From Eledone cirrhosa (taxonomy: Eukaryota), in NCBI GenBank assembly GCA_964016885.1, contig OZ024753.1:18538001-18602000 (forward strand): DNA of 64,000 nucleotides, written 5' to 3'. Of the stretch, positions 15,001-28,962 are shown piece after piece; position 1 is the first letter of the stretch; the number at the start of each line of letters is the position of its first letter. The notes beneath the pieces were generated by a model. It did no database searches, was not told the origin of the DNA, and saw nothing but the letters and a program-made list of their open reading frames with translations. Position numbers and translations under genes: made by a program.

Positions 15001-18000
15001 TCTCCCTTCTTTCACCAGACTGTCAGCCTTTGTCCCTTCTTTCAACAAACTGTCAGCCTTTCTCCCTTCTTTCAACAGACTGTCAGCCTCTCTCCCTTCT
15101 TTCAGCAGACTGTCAGCCTTTATCTGCCTTCTTTCAACAGACTGTCAGCCTTTCACCCTTCTTTCAAGAGACTGCCAACCTTTCTCCCTTCTTTCAACAG
15201 ACTGTCAGCCTTTCTCCCTGCTTTCAAGAGACTGTCAGCCTTTCTCGCTGCTTTCAACAGACTGTCAGACTTTCTCCCTGCTTTCAACAGACTGTCAGCC
15301 TTTCTCCCTTCTTTCACCAGACTGTCAGCCTTTCTCCCTTCTTTCAACAGAATGTCAGCCTTTCTCCCATCTTTCACCAGACTGTCAGTCTTTCTCCCTT
15401 CTTTCAACAGAGTATCAGCTTCTCCCCCTTCTTTCACCAGACTGCCAGCCTCTCTCCCTTCTTTAACCAGACTGTCAGCCTTTCTCCCTTCTTTCAACAG
15501 ACTGTCAGCCTTTCTCCCTTCTTTCACCAGACTGTCAGCCTCTCTCCCTTATTTCAACAGACTGTCAGCCTTTCTCCCTTCTTTCAAGAGACTGTCAGCC
15601 TTTCTCCCTTCTTTCACCAGACTATCAGCCTTTCTCCATTCTTTCACCAGTCTGTCAGCCTCTCTGCATTCTTTCACCAGAATGTCAGCCTTTCTCCCTT
15701 CTTTCACGAGACTGTCAGCCTTTCTCCCTTCTTTCAACAGACTGTCAGCCTCTCTCCCTTCATTCAACAGACTGTCAGCCTTTCTCCCTTCTTTCAACAG
15801 ACTGTCAGCCTTTCTCGCTTCCTTCAACAGACTGTCAGCCATTCTCCATTTATTCAACAGAATGTCAGCCTTTCACCCTTCTTTCACCAGACTGTCAGCC
15901 ATTCTCCCTGCTTTCAACAAACTGTCAGCCTTTCTCCCTTCTTTCAACAGACTATCAGCCTCTCTCCCTTCTTTCAGCAGACTGTCAGCCTTTCACCCTT
16001 CTTTCAAGAGACTGCCAACCTTTCTCCCTTCTTTCAACAGACTGTCAGCCTCTCTCCCATCATTCAACAGACTGTCAGCCTTTCTACCTTCTTTCAACAG
16101 ACTGTCAGCCTTTCTCGCTTCTTTCAACAGACTGTCAGCCTTTCTCCCTATTTTCAACAGACTGCCAGCCTTTCTCCCTTCATTCAACAGACTGTCAGCC
16201 TTTCTCTCTGCTTTCAACAGACTGTCAGCCTTTCTCCCTTCTTTCAACAGATTATCAGCCTTTCTCCCTGCTTTCAACAGACTGTCAGCCTTTCTCCCTT
16301 CTTTCAACAGACTGTCAGCTTTTCTCCCTTCTTTCACCAGACTGTCAGCCTTTCTCCCTTCTTTCACCAGACTGTCAGCCTTTCTCACTTCTTTCAACAG
16401 ACTGTCAGCTTCTCTCCCTTCTTTCACCAGACTGTCAGCCTCTCTACCTTATTTCACCAGACTGTCAGCCTTTCTCCCTTCTTTCAACAGACTGTCAGCC
16501 TCTCTCCCTTCTTTCAACAGACTGTCAGACTTTCTCCCTTCTTTCAACAGACTGCCAGCCTTTCTCCCTTCTTTCAACAGACTGTCAGCCTTTCTCCCTT
16601 CTTTCAACAGACTGTCAGCCTTTCTCCCTTCTTTCACCAGACTGTCAGCCATTCTCCCTGCTTTCAACAGACTGTCAGCCTTTCTCCCTTCTTTCAACAG
16701 ACTGTCAGCCTTTCTCCCTTCTTCCACCAGACTGTCAGCCTCTCTCCCTTCTTTCACCAGACTGTCAGCCTTTCTCCCATCTTTCACCAGACTGTCAGCC
16801 TTTCAACCTTCTTTCAAAATACTGTCATCTTTTATCCCTTCTTTCAACAGACTGTCAGCTTCTCTGCCTTCTTTCACCAGACTGTCAGCCTCTCTCCCTT
16901 CTTTCAACAGACTGTCAGCCTTTCTCCCTTCTTTCACCAGACTGTCAGCCTTTCTCCCTGCTTTCAATAGACTGTCAGCCTTTCTCCCTTCTTTCAACAG
17001 ACTTTCAGCCCTTTTCCATTCTTTCACCAGACTGTCAGCCTCTCTCCCTTCTTTCACCAGACTGTCAGCCTTTCTCCCTTCTTTCAACAGACTGTCAGAC
17101 TTTCTCCCTTCTTTCAACAGACTGCCAGCCTTTCTCCCTTCTTTCAACAGACTGAAAGCCTCTCTCCCTTCTTTCAACAGACCGTCAGCCTCTCTCCTTC
17201 TTTCAACAGACTATCTGCCTTTCTCCCTTCTTTCACCAGACTGTCAGCCTTTCTCGCTTCTTTCAACAGACTGTCAGCCTCTCTCCCTTCTTTCAACAGA
17301 CTGTTAGCCTCTCTCCCTTCTTTCAACAGACTTTCAGCCTTTCTCCCTTCTTTCAACAGACTGTCAGCCTCTTTCCCTTCTTTCACCAGACTGTCAGCCT
17401 CTCTCTCTTATTTCAACAGACTGTCAGACTTTCTTCCTTCTTTCACCAGACTGTCAGCCTCTCTCCCTTCTTTCAACAGACTGTCAGCCTTTCTCCCTTC
17501 TTTCACCAGACTGTCAGCCTTTGTCCCTTCTTTCAACAGACTGTCAGACTTTCTCCCTTCTTTCACCAGACTGTCAGCCTCTCTCCCTTCTTTCAACAGA
17601 CTGTCAGCCTTTCTCCCTTCTTTCACCAGACTGTCAGCCTTTGTCCCTTCTTTCAACAAACTGTCAGCCTTTCTCCCTTCTTTCAACAGACTGTCAGCCT
17701 CTCTCCCTTCTTTCAGCAGACTGTCAGCCTTTATCTGCCTTCTTTCAACAGACTGTCAGCCTTTCACCCTTCTTTCAAGAGACTGCCAACCTTTCTCCCT
17801 TCTTTCAACAGACTGTCAGCCTTTCTCCCTGCTTTCAAGAGACTGTCAGCCTTTCTCGCTGCTTTCAACAGACTGTCAGACTTTCTCCCTGCTTTCAACA
17901 GACTGTCAGCCTTTCTTCCTTCTTTCATCAGACTGTCAGCCTTTCTCCCTTCTTTCACCAGACTGTCAGCCTTTCTCCCTTCTTTCAACAGAATGTCAGC

Positions 18001-21000
18001 CTTTCTCCCATCTTTCACCAGACTGTCAGTCTTTCTCCCTTCTTTCAACAGAGTATCAGCTTCTCCCCCTTCTTTCACCAGACTGTCAGCCTCTCTCCCT
18101 TCTTTCACCAGACTGTCAGCCTTTCTCCCTTCTTTCAACAGACTGTCAGCCTTTCTCCCTTCTTTCACCAGACTGTCAGCCTCTCTCCCTTCTTTCACCA
18201 GACTGTCAGCCTCGCTCCCTTCTTTCAACAGACAGTCAGCCTTTCTCCCTTCTTTCAACAGACTGTCAGCCTTTCTCCCTTCTTTCACCAGACTGTCAGC
18301 CATTCTCCCTGCTTTCAACAGACTGTCAGCCTTTCTCCCTTCTTTCAACAAACTCTCAGCCTTTCCCCCTTCTTTCAACAGACTGTCAGCCTTTCTCCCT
18401 TCTTTCAACAGACTGTCAGCCTTTCTCCCTTATTTCAACAGTCTGTAAGCCTCTCTCCCTTCTTTCACCAGACTCTCAGCCTTTCTCCCTGCTTTCAACA
18501 GACTGTCAGCCTTTCTCCCTTCTTTCACCAGACTGTCAGCCTCTCTCCCTTCTTTCACCAGACTGTCAGCCTTTCTCCCTTCTTTCAACAGACTGTCAGC
18601 CTTTCTCCCTTCTTTCAACAGTCTGCCAGCCTCTCTCCCTTCTTTCAACAGACTCTCATCCTTTCTCCCTTCTTTCAACAGACTGCCAGTTTCTCTCCCT
18701 TCTTTCAACAGACTGTCAGCCTTTCTCCCTTCTTTCAACAGACCGTCAGCCTCTCTCCCTTCATTCAACAGACTGTCAGCCTTTCTCCCTTCTTTCAACA
18801 GACTGTCAGCCTTTCTCGCTTCTTTCAAAAGACTGTCAGCCTTTCTCCCTTTATTCAACAGAATGTCAGCCTTTCACGCTTCTTTCACCAGACTGTCAGC
18901 CATTCTCCCTTCTTTCAACAGACTGTCAGCCTCTCTCCCTTCTTTCAGCAGACTGTCAGCCTTTATCTGCCTTCTTTCAACATACTGTCAGCCTTTCACC
19001 CTTCTTTCAAGAGACTGCCAACCTTTCTCCCTTCTTTCAACAGACTGTCAGCCTTTCTCCCTGCTTTCAAGAGACTGTCAGCCTTTCTCGCTGCTTTCAA
19101 CAGACTGTCAGACTTTCTCCCTGCTTTCAACAGACTGTCAGCCTTTCTTCCTTCTTTCATCAGACTGTCAGCCTTTCTCCCTTCTTTCACCAGACTGTCA
19201 GCCTTTCTCCCTTCTTTCAACAGAATGTCAGCCTTTCTCCCATCTTTCACCAGACTGTCAGTCTTTCTCCCTTCTTTCAACAGAGTATCAGCTTCTCCCC
19301 CTTCTTTCACCAGACTGTCAGCCTCTCTCCCTTCTTTCACCAGACTGTCAGCCTTTCTCCCTTCTTTCAACAGACTGTCAGCCTTTCTCCCTTCTTTCAC
19401 CAGACTGTCAGCCTCTCTCCCTTCTTTCACCAGACTGTCAGCCTCGCTCCCTTCTTTCAACAGACAGTCAGCCTTTCTCCCTTCTTTCAACAGACTGTCA
19501 GCCTTTCTCCCTTCTTTCACCAGACTGTCAGCCATTCTCCCTGCTTTCAACAGACTGTCAGCCTTTCTCCCTTCTTTCAACAGACTCTCAGCCTTTCCCC
19601 CTTCTTTCAACAGACTGTCAGCCTTTCTCCCTTCTTTCAACAGACTGTCAGCCTTTCTCCCTTATTTCAACAGTCTGTAAGCCTCTCTCCCTTCTTTCAC
19701 CAGACTCTCAGCCTTTCTCCCTGCTTTCAACAGACTGTCAGCCTTTCTCCCTTCTTTCAACAGACTGTCAGCCTTTCTCCCTTCTTTCAACAGTCTGCCA
19801 GCCTCTCTCCCTTCTTTCAACAGACTCTCATCCTTTCTCCCTTCTTTCAACAGACTGCCAGTTTCTCTCCCTTCTTTCAACAGACTGTCAGCCTTTCTCC
19901 CTTCTTTCAACAGACCGTCAGCCTCTCTCCCTTCATTTAACAGACTGTCAGCCTTTCTCCCTTCTTTCAACAGACTGTCAGCCTTTCTCGCTTCTTTCAA
20001 AAGACTGTCAGCCTTTCTCCCTTTATTCAACAGAATGTCAGCCTTTCACGCTTCTTTCACCAGACTGTCAGCCATTCTCCCTTCTTTCAACAGACTGTCA
20101 GCCTCTCTCCCTTCTTTCAGCAGACTGTCAGCCTTTATCTGCCTTCTTTCAACATACTGTCAGCCTTTCACCCTTCTTTCAAGAGACTGCCAACCTTTCT
20201 CCCTTCTTTCAACAGACTGTCAGACTTTCTCCCTGCTTTCAAGAGACTGTCAGCCTTTCTCCCTGCTTTCAACAGACTGTCAGGCTTTCTCCCTGCTTTC
20301 AACAGACTGTCAGCCTTTCTTCCTTCTTTCATCAGACTGTCAGCCTTTCTCCCTTCTTTCACCAGACTGTCAGCCTTTCTCAGTTCTTTCAACAGACTGT
20401 CAGCCTTTCTCCCATCTTTCACCAGACTGTCAGCCTCTCTCCCTTCTTTCACCAGACTGTCAGCCTTTCTCCCTTCTTTCAACAGACTGTCAGCCTTTCT
20501 CCCTTCTTTCACCAGACTGTCAGCCTCTCTCCCTTCTTTCACCAGACTGTCAGCCTCGCTCCCTTCTTTCAACAGACTGTCAGCCTTTCTCCCTTCTTTC
20601 AACAGACTGTCAGCCTTTCTCCCTTCTTTCCCCAGACTGTCAGCCATTCTCCCTGCTTTCAACAGACTCTCAGCCTTTCTCCCTTCTTTCAACAGACTGT
20701 CAACCTTTCTCCCTTCTTTCAACAGTCTGCCAGCCTTTCTCCCTTCTTTCAACAGACTGTCAGCCTTTCTCCCTGCTTTCAACAGACTGTCAGCCTTTCT
20801 CCCTGCTTTCAACAGACTGTCAGCCTTTCTCCCTCTTTCAACAGACTGTCAGCCATTCTACCTGCTTTCAACAGACTGTCAGCCTTCCTCCCTTCTTTCA
20901 CCAGACTGTCAGCCTCTCTCCCTTCTTTCACCAGACTGTCAGCCTTTCTCCCTTCTTTCAACAGACTGTCAGCCATTCTACCTGCTTTCAACAGACTGTA

Positions 21001-21559
21001 AGTCTTTCTCCCTTCTTTCAACAAACTCTCAGCCTTTCTCCCTTCTTTCAACAGACTGCCAGTCTCTCTCCCTTCTTTCAACAGACTGTCAGCCTTTCTC
21101 CCTTCTTTCAACAGACTGCCAGCCTTTCTCCCTTCATTCAACAGACTGTCAGCCTTTCTCCCTGCTTTTAACAGACTGTCAGCCTTTCTCCCTTCTTTCA
21201 ACAGACTGTCAGCCTTTCTCCCTTCTTTCACCAGACTGTCAGCCTTTCTCCCTTCTTTCAACAGACTGTCAGCCTCTCTCCCTTCTTTCACCAGACTGTC
21301 AGCCTCTCTCCCTTGTTTCAACAGACTGTCAGCCTTTCTCCCTTCTTTCACCAGTCTGTCAGCCTCTCTGCCTTCTTTCACCAGAATGTCAGCCTTTCTC
21401 CCTTCTTTCACCAGACTGTCAGCCTTTCTCCCTTCATTCAACAGACTGTCAGCCTTTATCCCTTCTTTCAACAGACTGTCAGCCTTTCTCGCTTCTTTCA
21501 ACAGACTGTCAGCCTTTCTCCCTTCTTTCAACAGACTGTCAGCCTTTCTCCCTTATTTC
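1..21559. repeat. 30-bp tandem repeat (minisatellite) array, about 720 units, truncated by left window edge
   Basis: Consensus CCTTCTTTCAACAGACTGTCAGCCTTTCTC repeated head-to-tail with point variants (AAC/ACC, TTT/TCT, CTG) and occasional 28/29/32-bp units; ends at ...CCTTATTTCG near 21559. Confidence 0.99.
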
Positions 21560-21664
21560 GCCGAAAATAAGTGACACAGTCACTACTTTAAAACTGATAT
21601 CACATAGTCTTCTAAATGATTTTAATTAAACATACGGTATATTGCCAAATATACTATACATACA

Positions 21665-22020
21665 TATGGTGGCTGCCCCCTCGTTATCGAGTATGGCCAT
21701 TGTACGATATACTTTTATTAATAATTATTAATTAATTCTATCGTGCAATGCCTGTGCGTGAATATATTATTTAAAGTGAGGAAAGACTGTGCACTGAGCC
21801 AATCCCACTCTATGAGAGACAGTAGTTATAACCTGAAAAGAAGAAAAGATCAACATAATCGGTAACTACTGACCTGCACATTTTATGTCGAACTTATCCC
21901 AGTTTCCTGAGTTGCCTTCTCCTAGAAGAATGCCTTGAGAAAGACTCGGGATCCTTAACTCCCAGTGGTTTAACGGCACAATAGGGTGTCCAGCCCGACT
22001 ATTTCTATGTCCCCGAGCAT
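21665..22020 (-). mobile_element. Possible RTE-type LINE-derived non-autonomous relic
   Basis: GC-richer island; the motifs GGCTGCCCCCTCGTTATCGAG and GAGTTGCCTTCTCCTAG resemble, from recollection only, RTE terminal sequences; no ORF. Confidence 0.3.
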
Positions 22021-22095
22021 ATACATACACATTCACCCGTGTATATACACATATACATTTACATACATATGTACATGTGTATGTATATATATATA

Positions 22096-23195
<1,100 letters not shown>

Positions 23196-23273
23196 ATTAC
23201 TACAGCAGAGGACCGACGAGCTTTTGATTCCATAGTCGGGCCAGACCGATTGTACATCGAACCTTCAGCCGAT

Positions 23274-23320
<47 letters not shown>

Positions 23321-23453
23321 TATACATATCTATCTATCTCTCTCTCTCTCCCTCAGTATATATATATATATATATATATATAAATTATTAATACAATAAC
23401 AGAGACGATTTAAAGCTCATCTCTGACTGGTAACCATCTCACTCAACAAACAT

Positions 23454-23606
23454 TAGGTTATATTTTAATATAAACCCAATTTAAATGTTTGGGGTGCTAA
23501 CAATATGTATTATGTGGAAAAGCCAGTTGTATTATTTTATGAGATATAATTAAAGTTAAAATATATATACATAAACATATCTATATATCTCTCCCTCTCT
23601 CCCTCA

Positions 23607-23658
<52 letters not shown>

Positions 23659-23964
23659 ATATATATTTAGAACGACATCTGGCGACATCTGACTTTGAAG
23701 AAATATATGCCGGCGTCCCACGCATATCGGTCGATGTACGTAAAAGAAATCTAAGTTCTGCTGGCCACTGCCATATTGCCACTTACGAGGCTGTGTCCAC
23801 AATAGTACTTTGGAAACCACAACTAGTCACTAATAACAGGGAGCGCAAGCTCTCCTGTCCCGATGTCATCGCGAGAGATTCTGATATTGGAGACGTGGAA
23901 ATTTACTATACATATATTCATACTAATATTTATATATATATGAATATAAATGTATATATATCTA

Positions 23965-24025
<61 letters not shown>

Positions 24026-24194
24026 ATATATATATATATACTGAGGGAGAGAGGGAGAGATAGATAGATATGTATATGTATATATATTTTAACTTTAATT
24101 ATATCTCATAAAATAATACAACTGGCTTTTCCACATAATACATATTGTTAGCACCCCAAACATTTAAATTGTGTTTATATTAAAATATAACCTA
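23454..24194. repeat. Inverted repeat, about 155-bp arms
   Basis: 23454-23610 is the near-identical reverse complement of 24039-24194 (TAGGTTATATTTTAAT...CCCTCAGTA); the spacer holds TA tracts and a unique segment of about 230 bp. Confidence 0.9.
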
Positions 24195-24229
24195 TGTGTA
24201 TATATATATATATGTATATATGTATATAA

Positions 24230-24493
<264 letters not shown>

Positions 24494-24571
24494 AACGAAG
24501 GAAATGTGGTAAGGAACCAGGTGGACCATAACGCACCAAAGTACTCAATACTTAGGGCAGTAGAGTGGGTA

Positions 24572-25845
24572 ATAGGAACAAGTAAGACCCCGACGGCTGA
24601 GCTCAAGCGGTTTCGACGGCTAATTCTGTACTGAATGAAAATTTATTCTGGTATTTAAATAGCCGAACTTATAGATATAATCACCAGGATTGGTTACATC
24701 ACACGTTAGTTGTAAATCTGTGATGGCAAGTTGGTGGGGGAAGGGGTAGCTAAACCTGCCGGTAGGAGAAAAAGAGAGAGGGGGTGGAGTAGACCCATTC
24801 ATGAGTTGGTAGTGCCAGCTACAGCTGGGTGTGAGGTCAAAGAGGATACTGCGGAGGGGGAGGGGGAGGAGGTCGAAACGGTAAGTAGAACAATGAAAGG
24901 TAAAACTATAAAAGGTACTGAGAGAGAAGAAAAAAAGCAAAATCTGGTTACTAAGACTTAAGTCTCTCGCTATTGCTAGGCTAAAGAAATACATAAATAA
25001 ATAAATAAACAAATAAGTGAATAAAAGAATAGATAAATAAATTAAAAAAAAAAAAGAAAAAAATATATATATATAATGTAGAATAAAAAAATAAATGATA
25101 ATAATAGAAATAAACTAGGTGGGACGGAAATAAAGGGACCCTTATACGAGGTATAAGTGCGTGTATTGTACGGTGACGGGTCAACAAAGGGGGGCCAGAT
25201 TACTAAAGAGACTACCACGAGAATAATAAAGGTTTCCACCCCAAACACAGGGCCAGCAACCACCCAGTGCAAGAAAGTAAACTAGTACGAGAATATAATT
25301 CAGGGTCCCGCAAAAAAATACTAGTGCTAACTCTAAGGCTACCGCCACGAAACAAAAAAGTATTATACAAGCTACATGAAAGATCGTACGAAGTAAAAGT
25401 AAAGAACGGAAAATTAATACAGGAACACCCCCACCCCCCCACCCCCCCCAAAAAAAGGGAAAAAGAAAAAAGAGATACTGGATAAACGAGAAATTTAAGC
25501 AAAGGTGCCACTAAGAAATATAGAAGGCACGGAAAAAAGGCAGCGGTCGGAGAAGGGGGCGAGTATCCGGAGTCTAACACCTCTGCTATAAAAAGCGGAG
25601 TCAGCCAACTGACTCCCTTTTTCTCCTACCGGCAGGTTTAGCTACCCCTTCCCCCACCAACTTGCCATCACAGATTTACTACTAACTTGTGATGTGACCA
25701 ATCCTGGTGATTATCTCTTTGACCATATATGGAATTACCCCTTGATAAGTTCGGCTATTTAAATACCAGAATAAATTTTCATTCAGTACAGAATTATCCG
25801 TCGAAACGGTTTGAGCTCAGCCGTCGGGGTCTTACTTGTTCCTAT
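24572..25845 (+). mobile_element. Non-autonomous PLE-like insertion with inverted terminal arms carrying a hammerhead
   Basis: Arms 24572-24778 and 25613-25845 are reverse complements (left arm has a deletion of about 26 bp); the right arm holds an HHR and abuts TA repeats. Confidence 0.75.
25737..25830 (+). ncRNA. Type I hammerhead ribozyme, U3-A8 core variant
   Basis: ACCCC-TTGATAA-G tt CGGCTA...TATCCG t C-GAAA-CGGTT tgagctc AGCCG-TC-GGGGT: stem I ACCCC/GGGGT, stem III CGGTT/AGCCG, GUC cleavage site. Confidence 0.75.
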
Positions 25846-25974
25846 ATATATGTATATATATATATGTATATATGTATATAAATGTATATATATATATATC
25901 TCTATATATATATATGTATATATCTATGTATATATGTATATACATATATATATATATATATGTATATATACATG

Positions 25975-26005
<31 letters not shown>

Positions 26006-26157
26006 ATACATTATTAGGGTAAACATTGATGCAATTCAATTCAAGCACTCAACGTACTTTTTCCACATAGGAGTAACGGAGTAAATATCGAATAAGGAAA
26101 AGCGAAGTAGTTTCAGATGTTGGATTGCCTCGGAAACATAACCTTATTATGTAACAA

Positions 26158-26230
26158 GCTGTCTGATGATGACACGACATCGCACACATAACAGTGTGGC
26201 CAGTGTCGTCACTGAAATATATATCACAGC
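26158..26230 (+). ncRNA. Type I minimal hammerhead ribozyme
   Basis: GCTGT-CTGATGA-[tgacACGACAT..CACA taacag TGTG..GTGTCGTcact]-GAAA-TATATA-TC-ACAGC: perfect stem I, canonical core, palindromic stem III, AUC site. Confidence 0.85.
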
Positions 26231-26281
26231 ATTATTATTAAAGGACTTGAACATCTGAAACTACTTCGCTTTTCCTTTTTC

Positions 26282-26370
<89 letters not shown>

Positions 26371-27072
26371 ATACATATATATATATATATATATACATGT
26401 ATATGTGTATATATATGTATATGTATATATATATATATTGTTATACTTGGGGAGGGTCATATTGTAATAATATTGCCAGAATTAAAAACAGATCACACTC
26501 ACTGTTTGGTTGGTTTACGCTTCTGTATCTTTTATATCTCCACGGTTAATTCATTCGGTCCTCAATGTTTACCATTGACTGACCAACGGTCAAAAATACA
26601 GATACAATATAGATATAAACATATATATATAGTATTACTATTATGTTGCAGATGATGATGTTGCAGATATATTATTTTAGTCGAAATATGTGTGAAAATT
26701 TGAATTTCAAAAGGAGAGGAAAAAAAGTAATGTGCAGAGGATAAACTTTCAGAATGTCAAGTAAAGATTATCTTTCTACATCTAAAAAAAAGATTAAGAA
26801 TCTACATCTAAAAGAAATATAATTAAAGGGGTATTATTAGGGAAAAAATGTCAAAGGTAAAAAAGGTAAACATAGTAAAAGAATATATATATTAAAAAAT
26901 TAAAAAATTAATGTCAAACGGTAAAAATAGTAGAAATATTAGAATATTAAAACCTAAGAAAGAAGATCATTCAAAATCTTTAATTTAAATATTTAAAGAA
27001 ATTAGGATCATTTTGAAGGTGTATAAGATATAGTCAAGTGTAATCATAAATTATAAATTCTTCTGAACGTGG

Positions 27073-27240
27073 AATTCTGGCGATATCTGCAAGAAGAGAA
27101 TAATTCTGTTTTAAGATTAATAGAGTTTTGACAGTTAATTATTTACAAAATTTCCTCGATACACGAGTTACAGAATCTTGAGAACGCTATATTTCGGTAT
27201 GCAGGTGCTTTCGAAATCGTTCCCCAAGATATTGAATAGA
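27073..27240 (-). pseudogene. Naiad-type PLE GIY-YIG endonuclease C-terminal relic
   Basis: Manual minus-strand translation YSISWGTISKAPAYRNIAFSRFCNSCIEEIL*IINCQNSINLKTELFSSCRYRQ aligns by eye with YTLKWEVV..FCNLCLLE..LLNKKSEVFANC of the element at 61324-62334. Confidence 0.75.
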
Positions 27241-27843
27241 TATCTCTATACTTACAACCTATTCTAATGTAATAAGATAAATTCTACTTACAACCATAAT
27301 TCTTCATATAATCTAATTGAGTATATATAGAATATTATAACTCATAATATAGCTAAACAAACTTAAATTCTGAAATCTTATACCATCATTCCCGCAATTT
27401 GTATATACAAACTCTTCTTACTTTTTTCTCCTTCATAATCATACATACATATATCCTAATTATTTAAATGCTACATAGCGTCTAAAATAACGTTTTTTCA
27501 GCTCTATACCTAAACCTCATTTGCATACTCATCTTAATAATTTGAAATATCTGACTCTTCTTCTCTTTTAGCTTCACTATCTAAAAAACACTTGAACCGT
27601 TAAGGTATTTTCCTTGGTTATGTCAAAATGTATAAAACAAACTTTGTATTTTATGTGATGAAAGCTTACCAAAGTTTTGGTTCCCTTGAAATATATATAA
27701 TAGAATAAATATGGTCTTATAAATGTAGTTTTCATTTATTTAATATAATTGAATATTATACTCCAGAAAAATTGTTGAGTGCTCTAAATCAGCTATAAAC
27801 ATTTATATTTGTTGAATTACCAACAAATTGAATATCCCTTTTG

Positions 27844-28010
<167 letters not shown>

Positions 28011-28739
28011 TTTGTGAAATTGGTGGTGGTTGAAATTCAGATGTGCACGGTTAAATGGTAGTAGACGTCGTCGGACTGACATGAAAATTTACACACCTAT
28101 GTATAAAGTGCCAAGGAAGCAAATAGACGAGGTTTCAAATCTCTAACTTCAAAAATGTGGTCCCTGGGGCCCTAAAACTATCCCGTTCGGTGAGTTATTT
28201 CCCCCTGTTCTAATACTTTTGTCTTATTTACAATTTCATACAAATAATGCAGTAAATAAAGGATTATGAGTTCATGCAATTGACTTATGTTTCGTCACTA
28301 TATATAATATGAAAACGCTTTAATATAAAAAAAATATCAACTGTAATGTATGTATGCATGTATTTATGTGTTTATATGAGCGGGGATATGCAAGTAAATC
28401 TTACTTTGTGGACAGCTTATCCTTAGCATAATATTTATGCTAGAACAGCATATATTTGAAAGTTTTCAGGGAGTTGAATTACTGATTTTGGATCGGCAGC
28501 TTTAGCTTTGAAAAAATGAAATGTGCAGTGTAAGCATTTTTTTATTATTCCTCCGGGGATGAATCTTCTCTGCATTTTTCCATCTCTTTCTTGCTCTCTC
28601 GAAGAAATCAGCCGTAGTAAGACCTAAGAAAATGGTTAGATACACCATGACGCACCGTTCATCACGGTGGAGTTGAAAAGCAGACTCAGAACATGAGGTT
28701 GTGTGGGGTGGCTCGCAGCCCAATGTTCCAGGGGGAGCA

Positions 28740-28848
28740 AAAGAAGAAGAAGAAGAAGAAGAAGAAGAAGAAGAAGAAGAAGAAGAAGAAGAAGAAGAAG
28801 AAGAAGAAGAAGAAGAAGAAGAAGAAGAAAAAAAGAAGCCGAAGAAGA
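28740..28848. repeat. (AAG)n microsatellite
   Basis: Pure AAG run. Confidence 0.98.
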
Positions 28849-28962
28849 AAAGTGAGCTGGAGTCCTATCAAATATGTAGGTTGTATCTTAAATTGAAAGT
28901 TTAGTAGAAACAATTCATGTATAGTTTTGTACTTTTCTTTTTGTCATTCATATATAAACAAA

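Noticed and set aside
1-21559. CRISPR array or tandem hammerhead (CTGA..GAAA on minus)
   Set aside because: No unique spacers; CTGACAG does not fit CUGANGA and the stems cannot form.
66-21574. Very long ORFs (up to 2395 aa; LSAFLPSFNR, CQPFSLLSTD, TVSLSPFFQQ, KEGRKADSLL repeats)
   Set aside because: The 30-bp unit lacks stops in four frames; 28/29/32-bp units shift frames repeatedly, so no frame is conserved.
26485-26551. Possible HHR on minus (AAACA TTGAGGA ... TC TGTTT)
   Set aside because: No intact GAAA box or clear stems II/III.
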